Shown here: positions 47,941-64,000 of the stretch, piece by piece
Layout of the letters: each line of letters opens with the position of its first letter
How positions within the stretch are numbered: the first letter of the stretch is position 1
Assembly (NCBI RefSeq): GCF_009914755.1
Contig: NC_060931.1
DNA length: 64,000 nt
Source: the human T2T-CHM13v2.0 reference genome, Homo sapiens
Reading direction: 5' to 3' (one strand)
Program-made: the position numbers and the translations under genes
The notes under the pieces: model-generated
Database searches by the model: none
What the model saw: only the letters and a program-made list of their open reading frames with translations
What the model was told of the DNA's origin: nothing

Positions 47941-49446
47941 CAGATCAGTAATGAGAAGCCAGGTTGCTAGGCAGCCAGTCCCAGATCTTTGAGTGCCAGT
48001 TTTGAGCTGCCTTGAGTGGCAGCAGCAAGCCACAGGAGAAGCTAAGTGAGCAGCCACCTCCCTTGCATTTCATCCCCAAGCTGGCCGTGCCCTTCTGCAC
48101 CCACAGCATGGCTACCTTGCTGTGCATAGCTGGGCGTCGAGAAAACTCACGGTTAACTCCTCTGTCCACTGCCTGACACCAGTGTGACCGACAGCGAGTT
48201 CTGACAACTCGACCTCTGAGTTGCTTCTTGGATCCATGGCCTCCTGCCCGCACCTGTCCTGGCCAGGCAGGATCTCCCTGCCTCCAGCCATTCCTGCCCT
48301 AATCACTCTCCACTCTGCTCTCTGCTGCTTGGTTGGCTGCCCTCAACACACTCCTCTGTTTACAACCTTTAAAGGAGGAATGAGAGTCCACAGTCTTGCA
48401 TGTGGCGTTTACTACCTCACTGACCTTCTGACTCTTCAGTGCAAGGTAAGATCCAGCTCCAGCCCCAGTGAGTTACCTCCTCCCCCCGTAACATCTTCTC
48501 TGAATGCCTCAGTCCACATCTTTGCAACTTTTTCCCTCTTCTTTCTTTTCTGTTTGAAATGCTCTTTATCACCTTGTAAAATCCTATTATCAGCTCAGAA
48601 GTCACTTCCTCTCTGCAGTCTTTCCAACCCTGGCAGGTGGAATTAGTTTCTCCAGCTCGAAGCATCCTCAACCCTCTGCTCATTCTGCTGGCTCTTGCCT
48701 TCACTCCTAGACTGTTGCATTCACACCTGCCCCACCTGCCTGATGCAGCCCCAATGCCTGACACAGGGACAACTTGTAATAGCTGCCTTGTCGGTGGTGG
48801 CAGGAAGGAGGGACCCACCAGCCCAGGCAGGGTCCCATCTGATGCACCCATCCTCTCCTGGGTTTCCCAGGCACATTCACAGGGGCAGCTCTTGCTCTCG
48901 ATCAGTCTTCTAGTTCTTGGTCTTATTCACATTCTGTTGCTAGATTTGATTTACTCCAATTATTCCCACAGTCCCGAAGGGCTGCTGGGGACTTGTAAAT
49001 TCAGCTTTCTGAATTCTTGCTAACCACAAGCAGTTTCTCTAGGGGGTGTCTTCTTCCCTATCTAAAGTTTCTTTCTGAAGCTTATTGAATTTCAAGACCA
49101 CATTATATTTCCAGCTGGTGTTTTTCAAAGATGGCACATCCTCTGCTGGTGCCCGGATGTAGGAAGCCACACGTCTGGACGGCCTGGGGAGAAAGGAGCG
49201 CTGGGAACGGTGACCTGCTGCAGTGTAGGATGGTGAGTGAGGCTTGCAACCAGAGAGAGAGGCTGGCACTCATTGCTGTGAGAACTTGGCAGGCAATTAA
49301 TTGCTCTGTGCCTATTTCCTTATGTCTAAAATGGTGTAAACACAGTGTCTCACTTCTGTGGTCACTATAGGGTTGATTAAGCTAATATATGTAGTGTGCT
49401 CAGTGTCTAACACAGAGTAAGCACTCCAAGTTAGCTGTGTTATTGC

Positions 49447-49823
49447 CTTTTCTTTCTGTCTTCCTTTCTTTCCTTTCCTTTCCTCTCTTTACTTTCTTTC
49501 CCTTTCCTTCCTTCCTTCCTTCCTTCCTCCCTCCCTCCCTCCCTTCCTTCCTTTTCTTTCCTTCCCTCCTTTTCCTTCCTTCCTTCATTTTCCTCCCTTC
49601 CTTCCTTTCTTCCTTCCTCCCTCCCTCCCTCTTTCTCCCTTTGTCCCTTTGTCTCTTTCTCTCTTTCTCTCTTTCTTTCTTTCTTTTCTTTCCTTTCTTT
49701 CCTTTCTTTCTTTTTAAAATAGAGGTAGGGTATCATTATGTTGCCCAGGCTGATCTCAAGCAATCCTCTTGCTTCGGCCTCCCAAAGTGCTGGGATTACA
49801 GGCATGAGCCACCATGCCTGGCT
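49447..49823 (-). mobile_element. FLAM (49712-49823) with an ~265-bp polypyrimidine tail expansion
   Basis: Single Alu arm; TSD TTATTGCCTTT. Confidence 0.85.
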
Positions 49824-50247
49824 CATTATTGCCTTTCCTTGTGTCATCGATTTGTAGCATTTCAGAGCTAGGCAGGGCTAGAGAGAAGAGTTCACATCCT
49901 TAAGTTCATCATTGAGGAAACTGACATTCTCAGAGGGGAAGGTTTTTACAAAATCACAAAGCAGGTGTGTGGGAGGACTGGAAAAGTCTGGAGCAGGCTG
50001 CGATCCAGGCCAGGGCTCCTTCTTTCTACATGATGCTGGTGTTTAGGACATTGGGTGCTCAGAGATGAATGCAGATGGTGGCTGCATTGCCATTGGGAGG
50101 TAGGTGGGTGGCAGCTGCAAGGCGTCGTGACCTCGCTAGCACTGGAATTGCACAGCTGCTGGTCTCTGTCCACATAAGACAACCTCTGTTCGGAGCAATT
50201 AAAGGCGAATCTGGACCCCAGAGATTCTCTCAGCTCTGCTGTGCATC

Positions 50248-50567
50248 TTTGTTTTTTGTTTTTTTTTGTTTTTTTTTTTTTGTTTTTTTTTTGAGATGGA
50301 GCCTGGCTGTGTCATGCAGGCTGGAGTGCAATTGTGCGATCTCGGTTCACTGCAGCCTCTGCCTCCTGGGTTCAAGCGATTCTCCTGCCTCAGCCTCCTG
50401 ACTGGGAATACAGGCGCCCGCCACTATGCCTGGCTAATTTTTTTATTTTTAGTAGAGATGGGGTTTCACCATGCTGGCCAGGCTGGTCTTGAACTCCTGA
50501 CTTTGTGATCCACCTGCCTTGGCCTCCCAAAGTGCTGGGATTACAGGCATAAGCCACCATGCCCAGC
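50248..50567 (-). mobile_element. Alu (AluS)
   Basis: TSD GCATCTTTGTT. Confidence 0.95.
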
Positions 50568-51384
50568 GCATCTTTGTTCTTTTTGGGTGAACATCATCAA
50601 ACTATTAAATGAGTTCAGGAAAATTTAAGCTAAAAAGCTCCACTGGGAAGGCTGGAAAATGGGAGTTCAGACAAGTTAAGTTTCTTGCTCAAAGTCATGC
50701 AGCTACTGAACCCAGGAATTCTGCCCCTCAGACCCACTGTCCCTTCTTGCCTCTCAGCTTCCCTGGTCATCTGAGTTTGGCACTTGTCACCACATGGGCT
50801 GAACTAACCCTTGAATGCTTTGGCCTCTGGGGAGAGGTCAGCCCTGCATCCTTCTTGGCAAAGGACAATCCTATTTGCCCTATGTGTGGTGTCTGGTTTG
50901 AATTGTTTTCAAGGGACAGGACAGACAGAGCTAGAAATGATGCCATGGTCCCGGCAAGTGGGCTGTGGTTTCGCAGGCTGCAACCTCAGTGACAAATCAG
51001 AGTTTTAGAGAGAGGTGGCATCTAGAAGTTATCTGTTGTGGGCCAACTCAGTGGTGTGGAAACAGGAGGAGGAATGGGTAGGTGTGGACTCCACCATCAT
51101 CTGGAGAGACACGGCAACAGAGTGATTTCCACAACTGACTGGATGGTGAGGTCCACGCTGTGATACTCTCCATCCTCTGCTCGGGTGAGCTTCAGAGCTG
51201 GATGGCCTTCTGGGTTATGGCCATGGTAAGTCCTGTGTACATGGTGGTCTATGCCTTCAAATGCAAGCTATTTGCAATCCTTATCAGGCTGGGTAGTTCT
51301 TCATGGCTTTCAGGTTTGTATGCATGACCTCATCATAGATGTTCCTGGGTGAGGATAGAGAGCATTCACTTGCTGTGCCATTGA

Positions 51385-51961
<577 letters not shown>

Positions 51962-52253
51962 TTGTTCCCATTTTATGAGGAAATTAAGAATGGAGAAATG
52001 ATGCAGCCGCTTCACTGACCCACAGAAGACAAGAATCCAGAAGTCCTGGTTCTTCATTCAGAAGCTTTTCAATCGCACAACTTTTTCTTCCAGTGGGAAG
52101 TCCTCCAACCTTGCCTTCCTTAAATACATCTCAACAGTGAGAATGTTCTTTGGGGTGCAGTCTTAAGTCTTTACAATGACCCAAAAGGTTTGCCCTGCTC
52201 CTGGTCAACCCACAGCTCACTCACTCTCCATCCACATTGAACTCGTGGCATAG

Positions 52254-52768
52254 CAGGTCCCCAACCTTTCTGGCACCTGAGACTGGTTTCATGGAAGACA
52301 ATTTTTCCAAGGATGGGGTTGGGGAATGGTTTTGGGATGATTCAAGTTCATTCCATTTATTGTGCACTTTATTTCTATTATTATTACATTGTAATATATA
52401 AAATAATTCTACAACTCACCATAATGTAGAATCAGTGGAAGCTCTGACCTTGTTTTCCTGCAACTAGACAGTCCCATCTGGGGGTGATGGGAGACAGTGA
52501 CAGATCAGCAGGCATTAGATTCTCTTAAGGGGCACACAGCCTAGATCCCTCACATGCACAGTTCACAATAGGGTTTGAGCTCCTATGAGAATCTAATGCT
52601 GCCACTGATCTGACAGGAGGTGGAGCTCAGGCGGTAACACAAGTGATAAGGAGCAGCTGCAAATACAGATGAAGCTTCACTAACTTGCCTGCCACTCACC
52701 TCCTGCCGTGCAGCCCAGTTCCTAACAGGCCAGAAACAGGTCCATGGCTTGGGGGTTGGTGACCCCTG
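52254..52768. mobile_element. MER1A hAT-Charlie element inserted in an L2
   Basis: TIRs GGTCCCCAACC / GGTTGGTGACCCCTG; ~8-bp TSD (G/T)CATAGCA. Confidence 0.9.
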
Positions 52769-53791
52769 TCATAGCAGGTTCTCATTTTTCCCAGACTTTT
52801 TTTTGCCTTCAGCCCTTTGCACATCCTGTTTCCTCTGTGAGGATTCCTTATCTCTTCTGTCTGGCTAACACTGAGCCTTCCTCCAGGCATCAGCTGGGTT
52901 CAGTGTCTCCTCCTGGAAGCTGTTGTCTCTGAATTCCTGAGGCTGTTCAGGTAGCTGCCCCTCCTGCAGAGGTTCTGTTGGAGTAAGACCCAATGTCCCT
53001 GGATCTGGCCTCACAACAAGGTGATGTTCAAGGAGAGCCTGACATAAGAACAACAGGGGAGAAATCAGCAGGCTACGCCAGTCCCTTGAGCTGAATCAGG
53101 CATATTATGGGATAGATGGCAGGAAGGAGGGGCCATATCCCTCCTTCCTGGGACCTTGGGAATGCTGGGGAGCAGGTGAGGTGGAGGGAGGTTGTTCCAT
53201 GAAGAACTGGAGCATCTACAGCATAATTCTCCAGCTTCCTCATTCCAGCAAGCTCACGGTCACGGCTGGACATGTTCAGACACCTTTAAGTAATGTCTTT
53301 AAAGGCTCTGTGCACTTTAAAGTGGTGTTTTATTTAATTTCAACAAAGTTGTAGTTGCAATTAGATCTGTCCAGATAATTAACTCCAATTTACTAGTTTG
53401 CAACTAGTAATTAATTACTAAAGTCTCCTGAGTGAGCCTTGGCAAGGAAAGTCGCTCCTCTGAGAACAGAGGCTTTATTTGAAAGGCTCAGAAACATGGC
53501 CACCTTTGGGAACTTGTTGTCCCTGAAATTCATTATGGCTTGGCCCTGACACAAGGTTATTGGTGACACTGGGCAAGTATCTTAACCTCCCTCTTGGGAG
53601 AAGGCAGCGGTTCTTCACTGAGCTCACAAGAACCAATCATTAGAAGAAACAAGATTCCTGAGTTGGGATGCAACTCCTTCTCTTTCCCCAAAGCTGCTTA
53701 GTTGCTCCTGGGCAAGGTTGAAGAGTGTTTACCTGCTGTACCACTGAGCATCTCCTGGGTCTGGAGCTTGTGCCTTGGTCACCATTTTCTT

Positions 53792-54853
53792 TTCTTTTTT
53801 ATATACTTTAACTTCGGGGATACATGTGCAGAACATGCAGGTTTGTTACACAGGTATACATGAGCCATGGTGGTTTGCTGCATCCATCAACCTGTCATCT
53901 ACATTAGGTATTTCTCCTAATGTTATCCCTCCCCTAGCCCCCTACCCCCCAATAGGCCCCAGTGTGTGATATTCCCCTCCCTGTGCCCATATGTTCTCAT
54001 TGTTCAGCTCCCACTTATGAGTGAGAACATACAGTGTTTGGTTTTCTGTTTCTCTGTTAGTTTGCTGAGAATGATGGTTTCCAGCTTCAACCACATCCCT
54101 GCAAAGGACATGAACTCATCCTTTTTTATGGCTGCATAGTATTCCACAGTATATATGTGCCACATTTTCTTTATCCAGTCTATCATTGATGGGCATTTGG
54201 GTTGGTTCCAAGTCTTTGCTATTGTAAACAACGCTGCAATAAACATACATGTACATGTGTCTTTATGGTAGAATGATTTATAATCCTTTGGGTATATGCC
54301 CAATAATGGGATGGCTGGGTCAAATGATATTTCTGGTCCTAGATTCCTGAGGAATCACCACACTGTCTTCCACAATGGTTGAACTAATTTACACTCCCAA
54401 CAGTGTAAAAGCGTTCCTATTTCTCCACATCCTCTCCAGCATCTGTTGTTTACTGACTTCTTCTTCTTTTTTTTTTTAATGAGACGGAGTCTTGCTCTGT
54501 CACCCAGGCTGGAGTACAGTGGCATGGTCTCTGCTCACTGCAATCTCTGCTTCCCGGTTCATGCCATTCTCCTGCCTCAGCCTCCCGAGTAGCTGGGACT
54601 ATAGGCGCCCGCAACTATGCCCAGCTAATTTTTTGTATTTTTAGTAGAGACGGGGTTTCACTCTGTTAGCCAGGATGGTCTTGATCTCCTGACCTCGTGA
54701 TCTGCCCGCCTCAGACTCCCAAAGTGCTGGGATTACAGGCGTGAAGGCGTGAGCCACCACGCCCGGCCTGTTTACTGACTTCTTAATGATCGCCATTCTA
54801 ACTGGTGTGAGATGATATCTCATTGTGGTTTTGATTTGCATTTCTCTAATGTC
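53792..54853 (-). mobile_element. 5'-truncated L1PA (L1PA7/8-like) containing an AluY (- strand, 54458-54768)
   Basis: Perfect TSD GGTCACCATTTTCTT (53777-53791, 54854-54868); Alu TSD TGTTTACTGACTTCTT. Confidence 0.9.
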
Positions 54854-54884
54854 GGTCACCATTTTCTTATGGACCCTTTGAGGA

Positions 54885-55990
<1,106 letters not shown>

Positions 55991-56032
55991 TCACCTTAGA
56001 CTAACTGAATGATAATGTGGGTGCTACACTGA

Positions 56033-56354
<322 letters not shown>

Positions 56355-56387
56355 AAGATACTGAGAATGAGTAAGATCTGTTCAGTC

Positions 56388-57217
56388 TAGACACTTCTCA
56401 AAAGAAGACATTCATGTGGCCAAGAAACAGATGAAAAAAAGCTCAACATCACTGATCATTAGAGAAATGCAAATCAAAACCACAATGAGATACCATCTCA
56501 AGCCAGTCAAAATGGTGATTATATAAAAGTCCAGAAACAACAGATGCTGGTGAGGTTGCAAAGAAAAAGGAACGCTTTTACACTGTCGGTGGAAGTGTTA
56601 ATTCATTTAACCATTGTGGAAGACAGCGTGGTGATTCCTCAAAGATCTAGAGCCAGAATTATCATTTGACTCAGCAATCCCATTACTGGGTTTATACCCA
56701 AAGGAATATAAATCATTCTGTTACAAAGACACATGCACATGTATGTTCATTGCAGCAGTGTTCACAATAGCAAAGACACAGAATCAACTCAAATGAACGT
56801 CAATGATAATAGACTGGATAAAGAAAATGTGGTACATATACACCATGGAATACTATGCAGCCATAAAAAGGAACAAGATTATGCCCTTTGCAGGGACATG
56901 GATGGAGCTGGAAGCCGTTATCCTTAGCAAACTAATGCAGGAACAGAAAACCAAACACCACATGTTCTCACTTATAAGTGGGAGCTGAACAATGAGAACA
57001 CATGGATACATTGGGGGGAACAACACACACTAGGATCTCTTGGGGGTGGGGAGAGAGAGCATCAGGAAGAGTAGCTAATAGGTGCTGGGCTTAATACCAA
57101 GGTGGTGGGTTGATCTGTGTAGCAAACCACCATGGCACACGTTTGCCTATGTAACAAACCTGCGCATGCTGCCTACGTGCCCCAGAAGTTGAAACAAAAG
57201 TTGAAGGAAAAAAAAAC
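56388..57217 (+). mobile_element. 5'-truncated L1PA (older subfamily)
   Basis: ORF2 C-terminus, 3'UTR and A-tail; TSD AAGATC(TG/CA)TTCAGTC. Confidence 0.9.
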
Positions 57218-57278
57218 AAGATCCATTCAGTCATTGTCTAAATGGTGAACCAGGCAGACAGGCACCAGTGATAGCACT

Positions 57279-57349
57279 GGTATATACTCAGTAATGGGAT
57301 TGCTGAGTCAAATGATATTTCTGACTTTAGATCTTTGAGGAATCACCAC
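57279..57349 (-). mobile_element. Isolated 71-bp internal L1 patch
   Basis: Inverted near-copy of 56628-56698. Confidence 0.85.
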
Positions 57350-58757
57350 TATCATGGATTTGGATGCTCTGATCTAACCTTTGGGAAATCCAGGCTTTGA
57401 TCTGGTGGTCTCAGTATCTTGCCTAAGGTCATTCAGGAGTGCTGGGGTTTGGATCTAGGCTCCAGACTTTTCTGAACCAAAGAATGGTAGATCCAAAGCA
57501 TTATACAAGGGGAAAAATTAAAAATATTTGAATAGATCATTGATAGCAGGAAAATAATAGACAAGAAAGGGAGTAAACCTGCCTTTCTGACTCATACTCG
57601 ATGCAAGATCTTCATTTGTGGAGGCGGAAAAAGTGGATTTTGAATGTATGTTATAATCATTATTGCATTTTTTGTTTCTCACCTCAAGTAGGGCCTCAGA
57701 TCGAGCCTGTCTCCTAACAAGGATACACTGGGGGTTGCGTTTTATCTTGCTCTGACACTCTCTACCACTGTTCTTGATCTACCGCCCTGTAGGAGAACTC
57801 CAGACTAGGGACTCTTCCTCAGAACGATGTTATGAGCTGAGATTAGTTAGGCAAGTGGCAGAATGAATACATAAGCAGTGATTTTTGCATAATGAGGCGT
57901 GTGAAATCCCACTGGAGGTTGTTAAAACAGCAGACAGACTGGGGTAAACAAGGAAGAAGGTAGGCTTTGAAAACAGATGGCTTTGAAAACCTGGCAAAGC
58001 CCTGTTTCAGACTTTTAAAAATTGGTTTCGTGAGCGCAAGCTATTTTTTTTTTAAATCTACATGCATATTTTAAAGTTCTGTTTTAATGATAAAGTTCCG
58101 TGGGTAATTGAACATCAGTTTACATCCTGCTGTAAACATGCTTATAGCCAGATGTGATGGACAGCTTGCACAGAGACCCGAACTGTTCTGGTACATTTGG
58201 ATTCAGAGACATTATTTGTATTTCAGTTTGGAGTAGCTTTTCTGACTTCCATGCTGCGTAGGTATATGGCAGTGGCCTGCCCCTCTTTGCCCGCAAGAGG
58301 CCACCTCCACGCCAGTATAAGAGCTGCTCTGAAGGCCCTCTTCCTTATCTCTCCTTATTTTCTCCAGGAGATGGTCTGGCCCTTAACTTCTTTTCCTTGC
58401 TTCATTTCCATCACACCTGACCTTATTCCTCTTATCTCTCACAATGTGTCTAAACCATTTCTGAACCTTTGCATTATTTCTGTAGTCAACTGCCTTCATG
58501 AAGGCTGAACCCTTTCCTGGAGTGCTTTTCTGTTGATAGATCCCAAATCAGTCACCCATCAGCTTCCCATTTCCAGGCAATTTGACAGAGGATGGACCTC
58601 TCCCAGTCCGTGTTGATACAATTATTTTACTTCTGAATTCAAGGCAGCCTCACTGACTTTTGTGTATTTATTTCTGTATGATGTGGACATTATTATGTTT
58701 TGGCCACATTCAAGGGAACTCCACTTAACCAATTCACTAGGTTAAAAATGCTTTCTT

Positions 58758-59265
58758 GGCTGGGCGCAGTGGCTCACACCTGTAATCCCAGCATGTTGGG
58801 AGGCCGAAGCAGGTGGATCGTAAGGTCAGGAGTTTGAGACCAACCTGACCAACACGGTGAAACCCCATCTCTACTAAAAAATAAAAATAAAATAAAACAA
58901 TAAAAAATAAAATAAAATAAATTAGTCAGGCATGGCGGCATGTGCCTGTAATCCCAGCTACTCAGGAGGCTGAGGAAGGAGAATCGCTTGAACCTGGGAG
59001 GCAGAGGTTGTAGTGAGCTGAGACTGCACTCCAGCCTGAAAGACAGAGCAAGACTCCGTCTCAGAAAACAAAAAACAAAAAACAGAGCTTTCTTAGGGTG
59101 GGAATGGTGGCTCCTGCCTGTAGTCCTAGTGCTTTGGGAGGCTGAGGTGGGAGAATTGCTTGAGCCCAGGAGGTTCCAGGTTGTAGTGAGCCATGATCAC
59201 ACCACAGCACTCCAGCCTGGGAGACAGAGTGAGACCCTGTCTCAAATAAATAAATTAAAAAAAAT
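58758..59265 (+). mobile_element. AluS (58758-59082) followed by a FRAM/FAM monomer (59095-59265)
   Basis: Alu consensus; GCTTTCTT target motif present three times. Confidence 0.9.
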
Positions 59266-60794
59266 AAAATGCTTTCTTCTTAATAATCCCAGCCCTCCAC
59301 AGTCCACGTCCTCTTTCTCTGATCACACTGCAAGAACATTTGGAGTGCTTTGAGACCATCTTGGCTGTCTTCAGCACTCCATACTAAGTAGTACATCCAG
59401 TGGATAATGAGAATCAAGACTTATTCCTCTCTGAATGGGTGGCAGGGGGCTTGGATGAATGCATTAATCTGGAGTGGGGTTGGGGCAACTAGGAGACTTG
59501 GCCACTGTCAGATAAATGGGACCTGAATGAGGAGGATGGAGTCTTGATGTTCCACAGCAAGAAGCCATCACTCAACACCTGCTCTCTGAGTGCTGTTGTA
59601 GGCGTCTGCCCTGAGATGTTTGGTTTCCTGGGTTTGTGGCCTGGTATCCCATTCCATGTGCCTTTAGCTTTTAAAATCTGAAGGCAGGGCTAGATTCACA
59701 TTGATCTGCCATGAGCACTTGGGAAGTGTTCTCAGCCGCACCTACTCCCCTGGATCCAAGTCCTCACTGGCACCCTGGGATAATGGCATCTTTCCAGGTC
59801 CAAAATTCATGCTCCAGTTTCCCATCCAGGTCAATATTAGATGTTCTTGCTATAGTCATTTTTTAATGGAACCCTAGAATCTCAACCCCAAAGTCCAGCA
59901 CAGAAACCCTGGAGACCCTCTGACTGGGGATCATCTCCAACAGAACCGTACATCTCAATCACAAAACCCTAGGCCTGCTTTCCCATTCAATAGAGATATT
60001 ACAAGTTTCAGTGTCTGGCATCATAATTTATCCTTGGAAGGACAGTCAGATCAGCTTGCTTTCAATAAATAGATTTTAGAACAAAACGCTTCTGTGTAAT
60101 TATGTTTACTAATAGTATTAACTCATTGCCCATGGGCAAAACACAAAAATCTTTCCATTGCAACAAAAGAAAACCTGGTGAGCTGAACTTCTGGGCAGAC
60201 ATAATGCATGGGGTGGATAAAACCCTGGGAAAATGGGAGCCCTCCAAAGGGTGATTTAGGGAAAGATCTGTACGATACTCTCCATCTTGGATGTCCCAGA
60301 ATTCTATCATTACACTTTTCTCATATATATTTGCATGTCTAATGTACTTGTACTGGCATCCATTATGACTGGTCCAGTGTGTGTTCTGTTTGGTGGATGA
60401 TATTCTGAATATTCTGCCAGGTTCTAGCCTTTGTAGTAAATTTTACTTTAGATATTGCCCTGGCATAAATCACTCAAAACATTTCATCTTCCAAAAATTG
60501 TGCACTGACCTTAAGATTCCATTCAAGTGTTTTGTGAAGACCTACATTATATTGCAGCTCATATTCCTGTTTTCTGGCTTGTGTTGGGTCTATTTGGATA
60601 GAATCCCTATAGACCCCCAGTTCATGGTCTAGTTCAAGTTCCCCAGACTGTTTGAAGCTGCTTCTAACCCCAGTAACCCCGTGAGCATCCTCTGCCTGTC
60701 TTCCGCAGTGTTTGCAATGCTTCTCAGAATGTTCTTCTCTCATTGTAAGCTTACTGAGGACAGGGTTCCATTCCTCCACATCCCACTAAGCTAG

Positions 60795-61175
<381 letters not shown>

Positions 61176-61230
61176 TAGACAACATGGTCTCTCCATGGCC
61201 TGTCTTATTTGTTTTTATTATTTTACTTAG

Positions 61231-61625
<395 letters not shown>

Positions 61626-62675
61626 CACACTTAGTGGGATTTTTCAAGTTATGAGAAAACAAATCACTTCATTTTTCTTGGTTATTGGCCCCCAGTGGAT
61701 AACATTCTTCGGTGCCTATATGCACTTTCACATCTGAAAGCTACCATTTTCTCGGTTGCACAAACTCTGTTGTTAGGGAATGCATGGAAGGAACTTGGGT
61801 ATTCTCAATGATTATATCTTGGTTAAAGTATACCAGGGATCAGCTGTAACACCCAAACTGGGGGTTCCCAATGCAGAGGCATTCCTCCTGGAGGGGACTT
61901 ATACCATGCAGTCCTTTATACGCAGGAGTGGGGGAAGGGCCGGTGCTTCCTGGTCTTGGTGTCCAGAAGTCTCCAATTTGATGGAACCAACTGCAACCAC
62001 CTGTTCAATGGTTTGCCCTTTGGAAGCACTTTCACTCATATGATGTCACTCCTTCTTCTCAGTTGCCCCATGAGGAAGCCACCTCAATTGGCAGAGGGGA
62101 GGGCTGAAACCCCGAGGGCCTAAGCAGCTTGTCCAGACTGTGCAGCTAGTACCAAGATTAAACTCTATCGGCTTCCTCCTCTTGTCTCCCCAGAGAAAGT
62201 ACCGCTGCATACTCCATACAACAGATGGCTCGTAAAACCCAGGAACTCTGAGTAGGAAGTTTAGGTGTTCTATAGAGCAATCATCCAGGAAACAGGGAGG
62301 TTTCAGGTCCATGCCTCGGTTAAGCTGGCTGCTGTCATGCTGGAAGGCCTCATGGTTTCTGGAGTCCCACTTCTCACCTTTGCACTCTCCAGCAGCTCTA
62401 AGCAGCTGAAATTCTTAACACGCAGGGCTTGCCACTTTTCCATCTCTGACATGAATGGAAGCCATCACAGGGACATGCAAAGGTGGACAGAAGAGAGACA
62501 GATCTGTCCTTGGAGGTGAGAAATTGAACAGGGCAGCAGCAGGACTAATTTTTGTGTTTATTGGGAACCAGACCATTCCCAGAGTGCACAACAGTTGGTA
62601 GCTAGTCTCTTGTCCCGATCTGGGGATATTAGGGATGAGTATGGTGTCGGCTACACAGTCTCTAAGTCCTGATTA

Positions 62676-62678
62676 TTT

Positions 62679-62751
<73 letters not shown>

Positions 62752-62988
62752 TTCTTTTCTTTCTCTCTCTTTCTTTCTTTTCTTTTTCTTTCTCTTTTTT
62801 CTCTCTTTTTCTTTCTCTCTCTCTCTTTCTCTCTCTCTTTCTTTCTTTCTCTCTCTCTTTCTTTCTCCTACCTTCCTTCCTTCTTTCTTTCTTCCTCCTT
62901 CCTTCCCTCCCTCCCTGACTCTCTCCCTTCCTTCCTTCCTTCCTTCCTTCCTTCCTTCCTTCCTTCCTTCCTTCCTTCCTTCCTTCTT
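62676..62988. repeat. Polypyrimidine tract with (TTTC)18 and (CCTT)15
   Basis: Read directly; abuts an Alu. Confidence 0.95.
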
Positions 62989-63472
<484 letters not shown>

Positions 63473-63651
63473 TAGATCCCATCTTCAGTCTGGCATGCAG
63501 TGATCTCCACAGCCCAACCCCTGATCATCTGTAACAATCTCACTTGCTGAAACCCTTTTCCTCATGCCCTGTGTTCCAATCGTGTTGAACTACATTCCAT
63601 TTCCCCAAGTGCTTGCAATTTCATGCCTCTCCACTCTGCCATGGTGGGTAA

Positions 63652-63998
<347 letters not shown>

Positions 63999-64000
63999 CA

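Noticed and set aside
47240-49330. GC-richer unique stretch with several overlapping ORFs as a promoter or CpG island
   Set aside because: CpGs are sparse, the ORFs lack recognisable homology, and no convincing splice or promoter architecture is seen.
54004-54303. L1 ORF2 C-terminal peptides (also 56803-56988 and part of 4199-4780)
   Set aside because: Fragments of 5'-truncated L1s without promoter, ORF1 or RT domain; not genes.
60474-60779. 101-aa ORF with protein-like composition
   Set aside because: Non-ATG start, no recognisable domain, and the DNA resembles decayed L2.

Overview
Primate genomic DNA (human or close catarrhine relative; AluY copies are present). It is non-coding and repeat-dense: about 55 Alu/FLAM/FRAM copies, about 20 ERV/MaLR LTRs, 8 truncated L1s, L2/MIR/L3 relics, DNA-transposon relics and long microsatellites. 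I can support no protein-coding exon, RNA gene, CpG island or CRISPR array. The supplied ORFs are Alu, L1 or microsatellite read-throughs or chance frames. Strand bias of ERV1 LTRs and Alus suggests a large intron of a + strand gene (inference). The strongest unexplained signal is a set of locally templated insertion or template-switch scars: (1) a 10-kb inverted copy of an Alu arm plus unique flank inside another Alu; (2) a 2-kb-distant patch copied into an Alu linker; (3) an inverted L1 patch beside a fold-back hairpin; (4) an ERV-internal fragment inside a solo LTR8; (5) a perfect dup-inv-dup hairpin. Also notable are a MER41B LTR whose first GAS site has N4 spacing and a 5' LTR with a tRNA-Phe primer-binding site. 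Repeat family names come from recognising consensus motifs from memory, not from a database search. Boundaries without a TSD are approximate. I see no new gene system.
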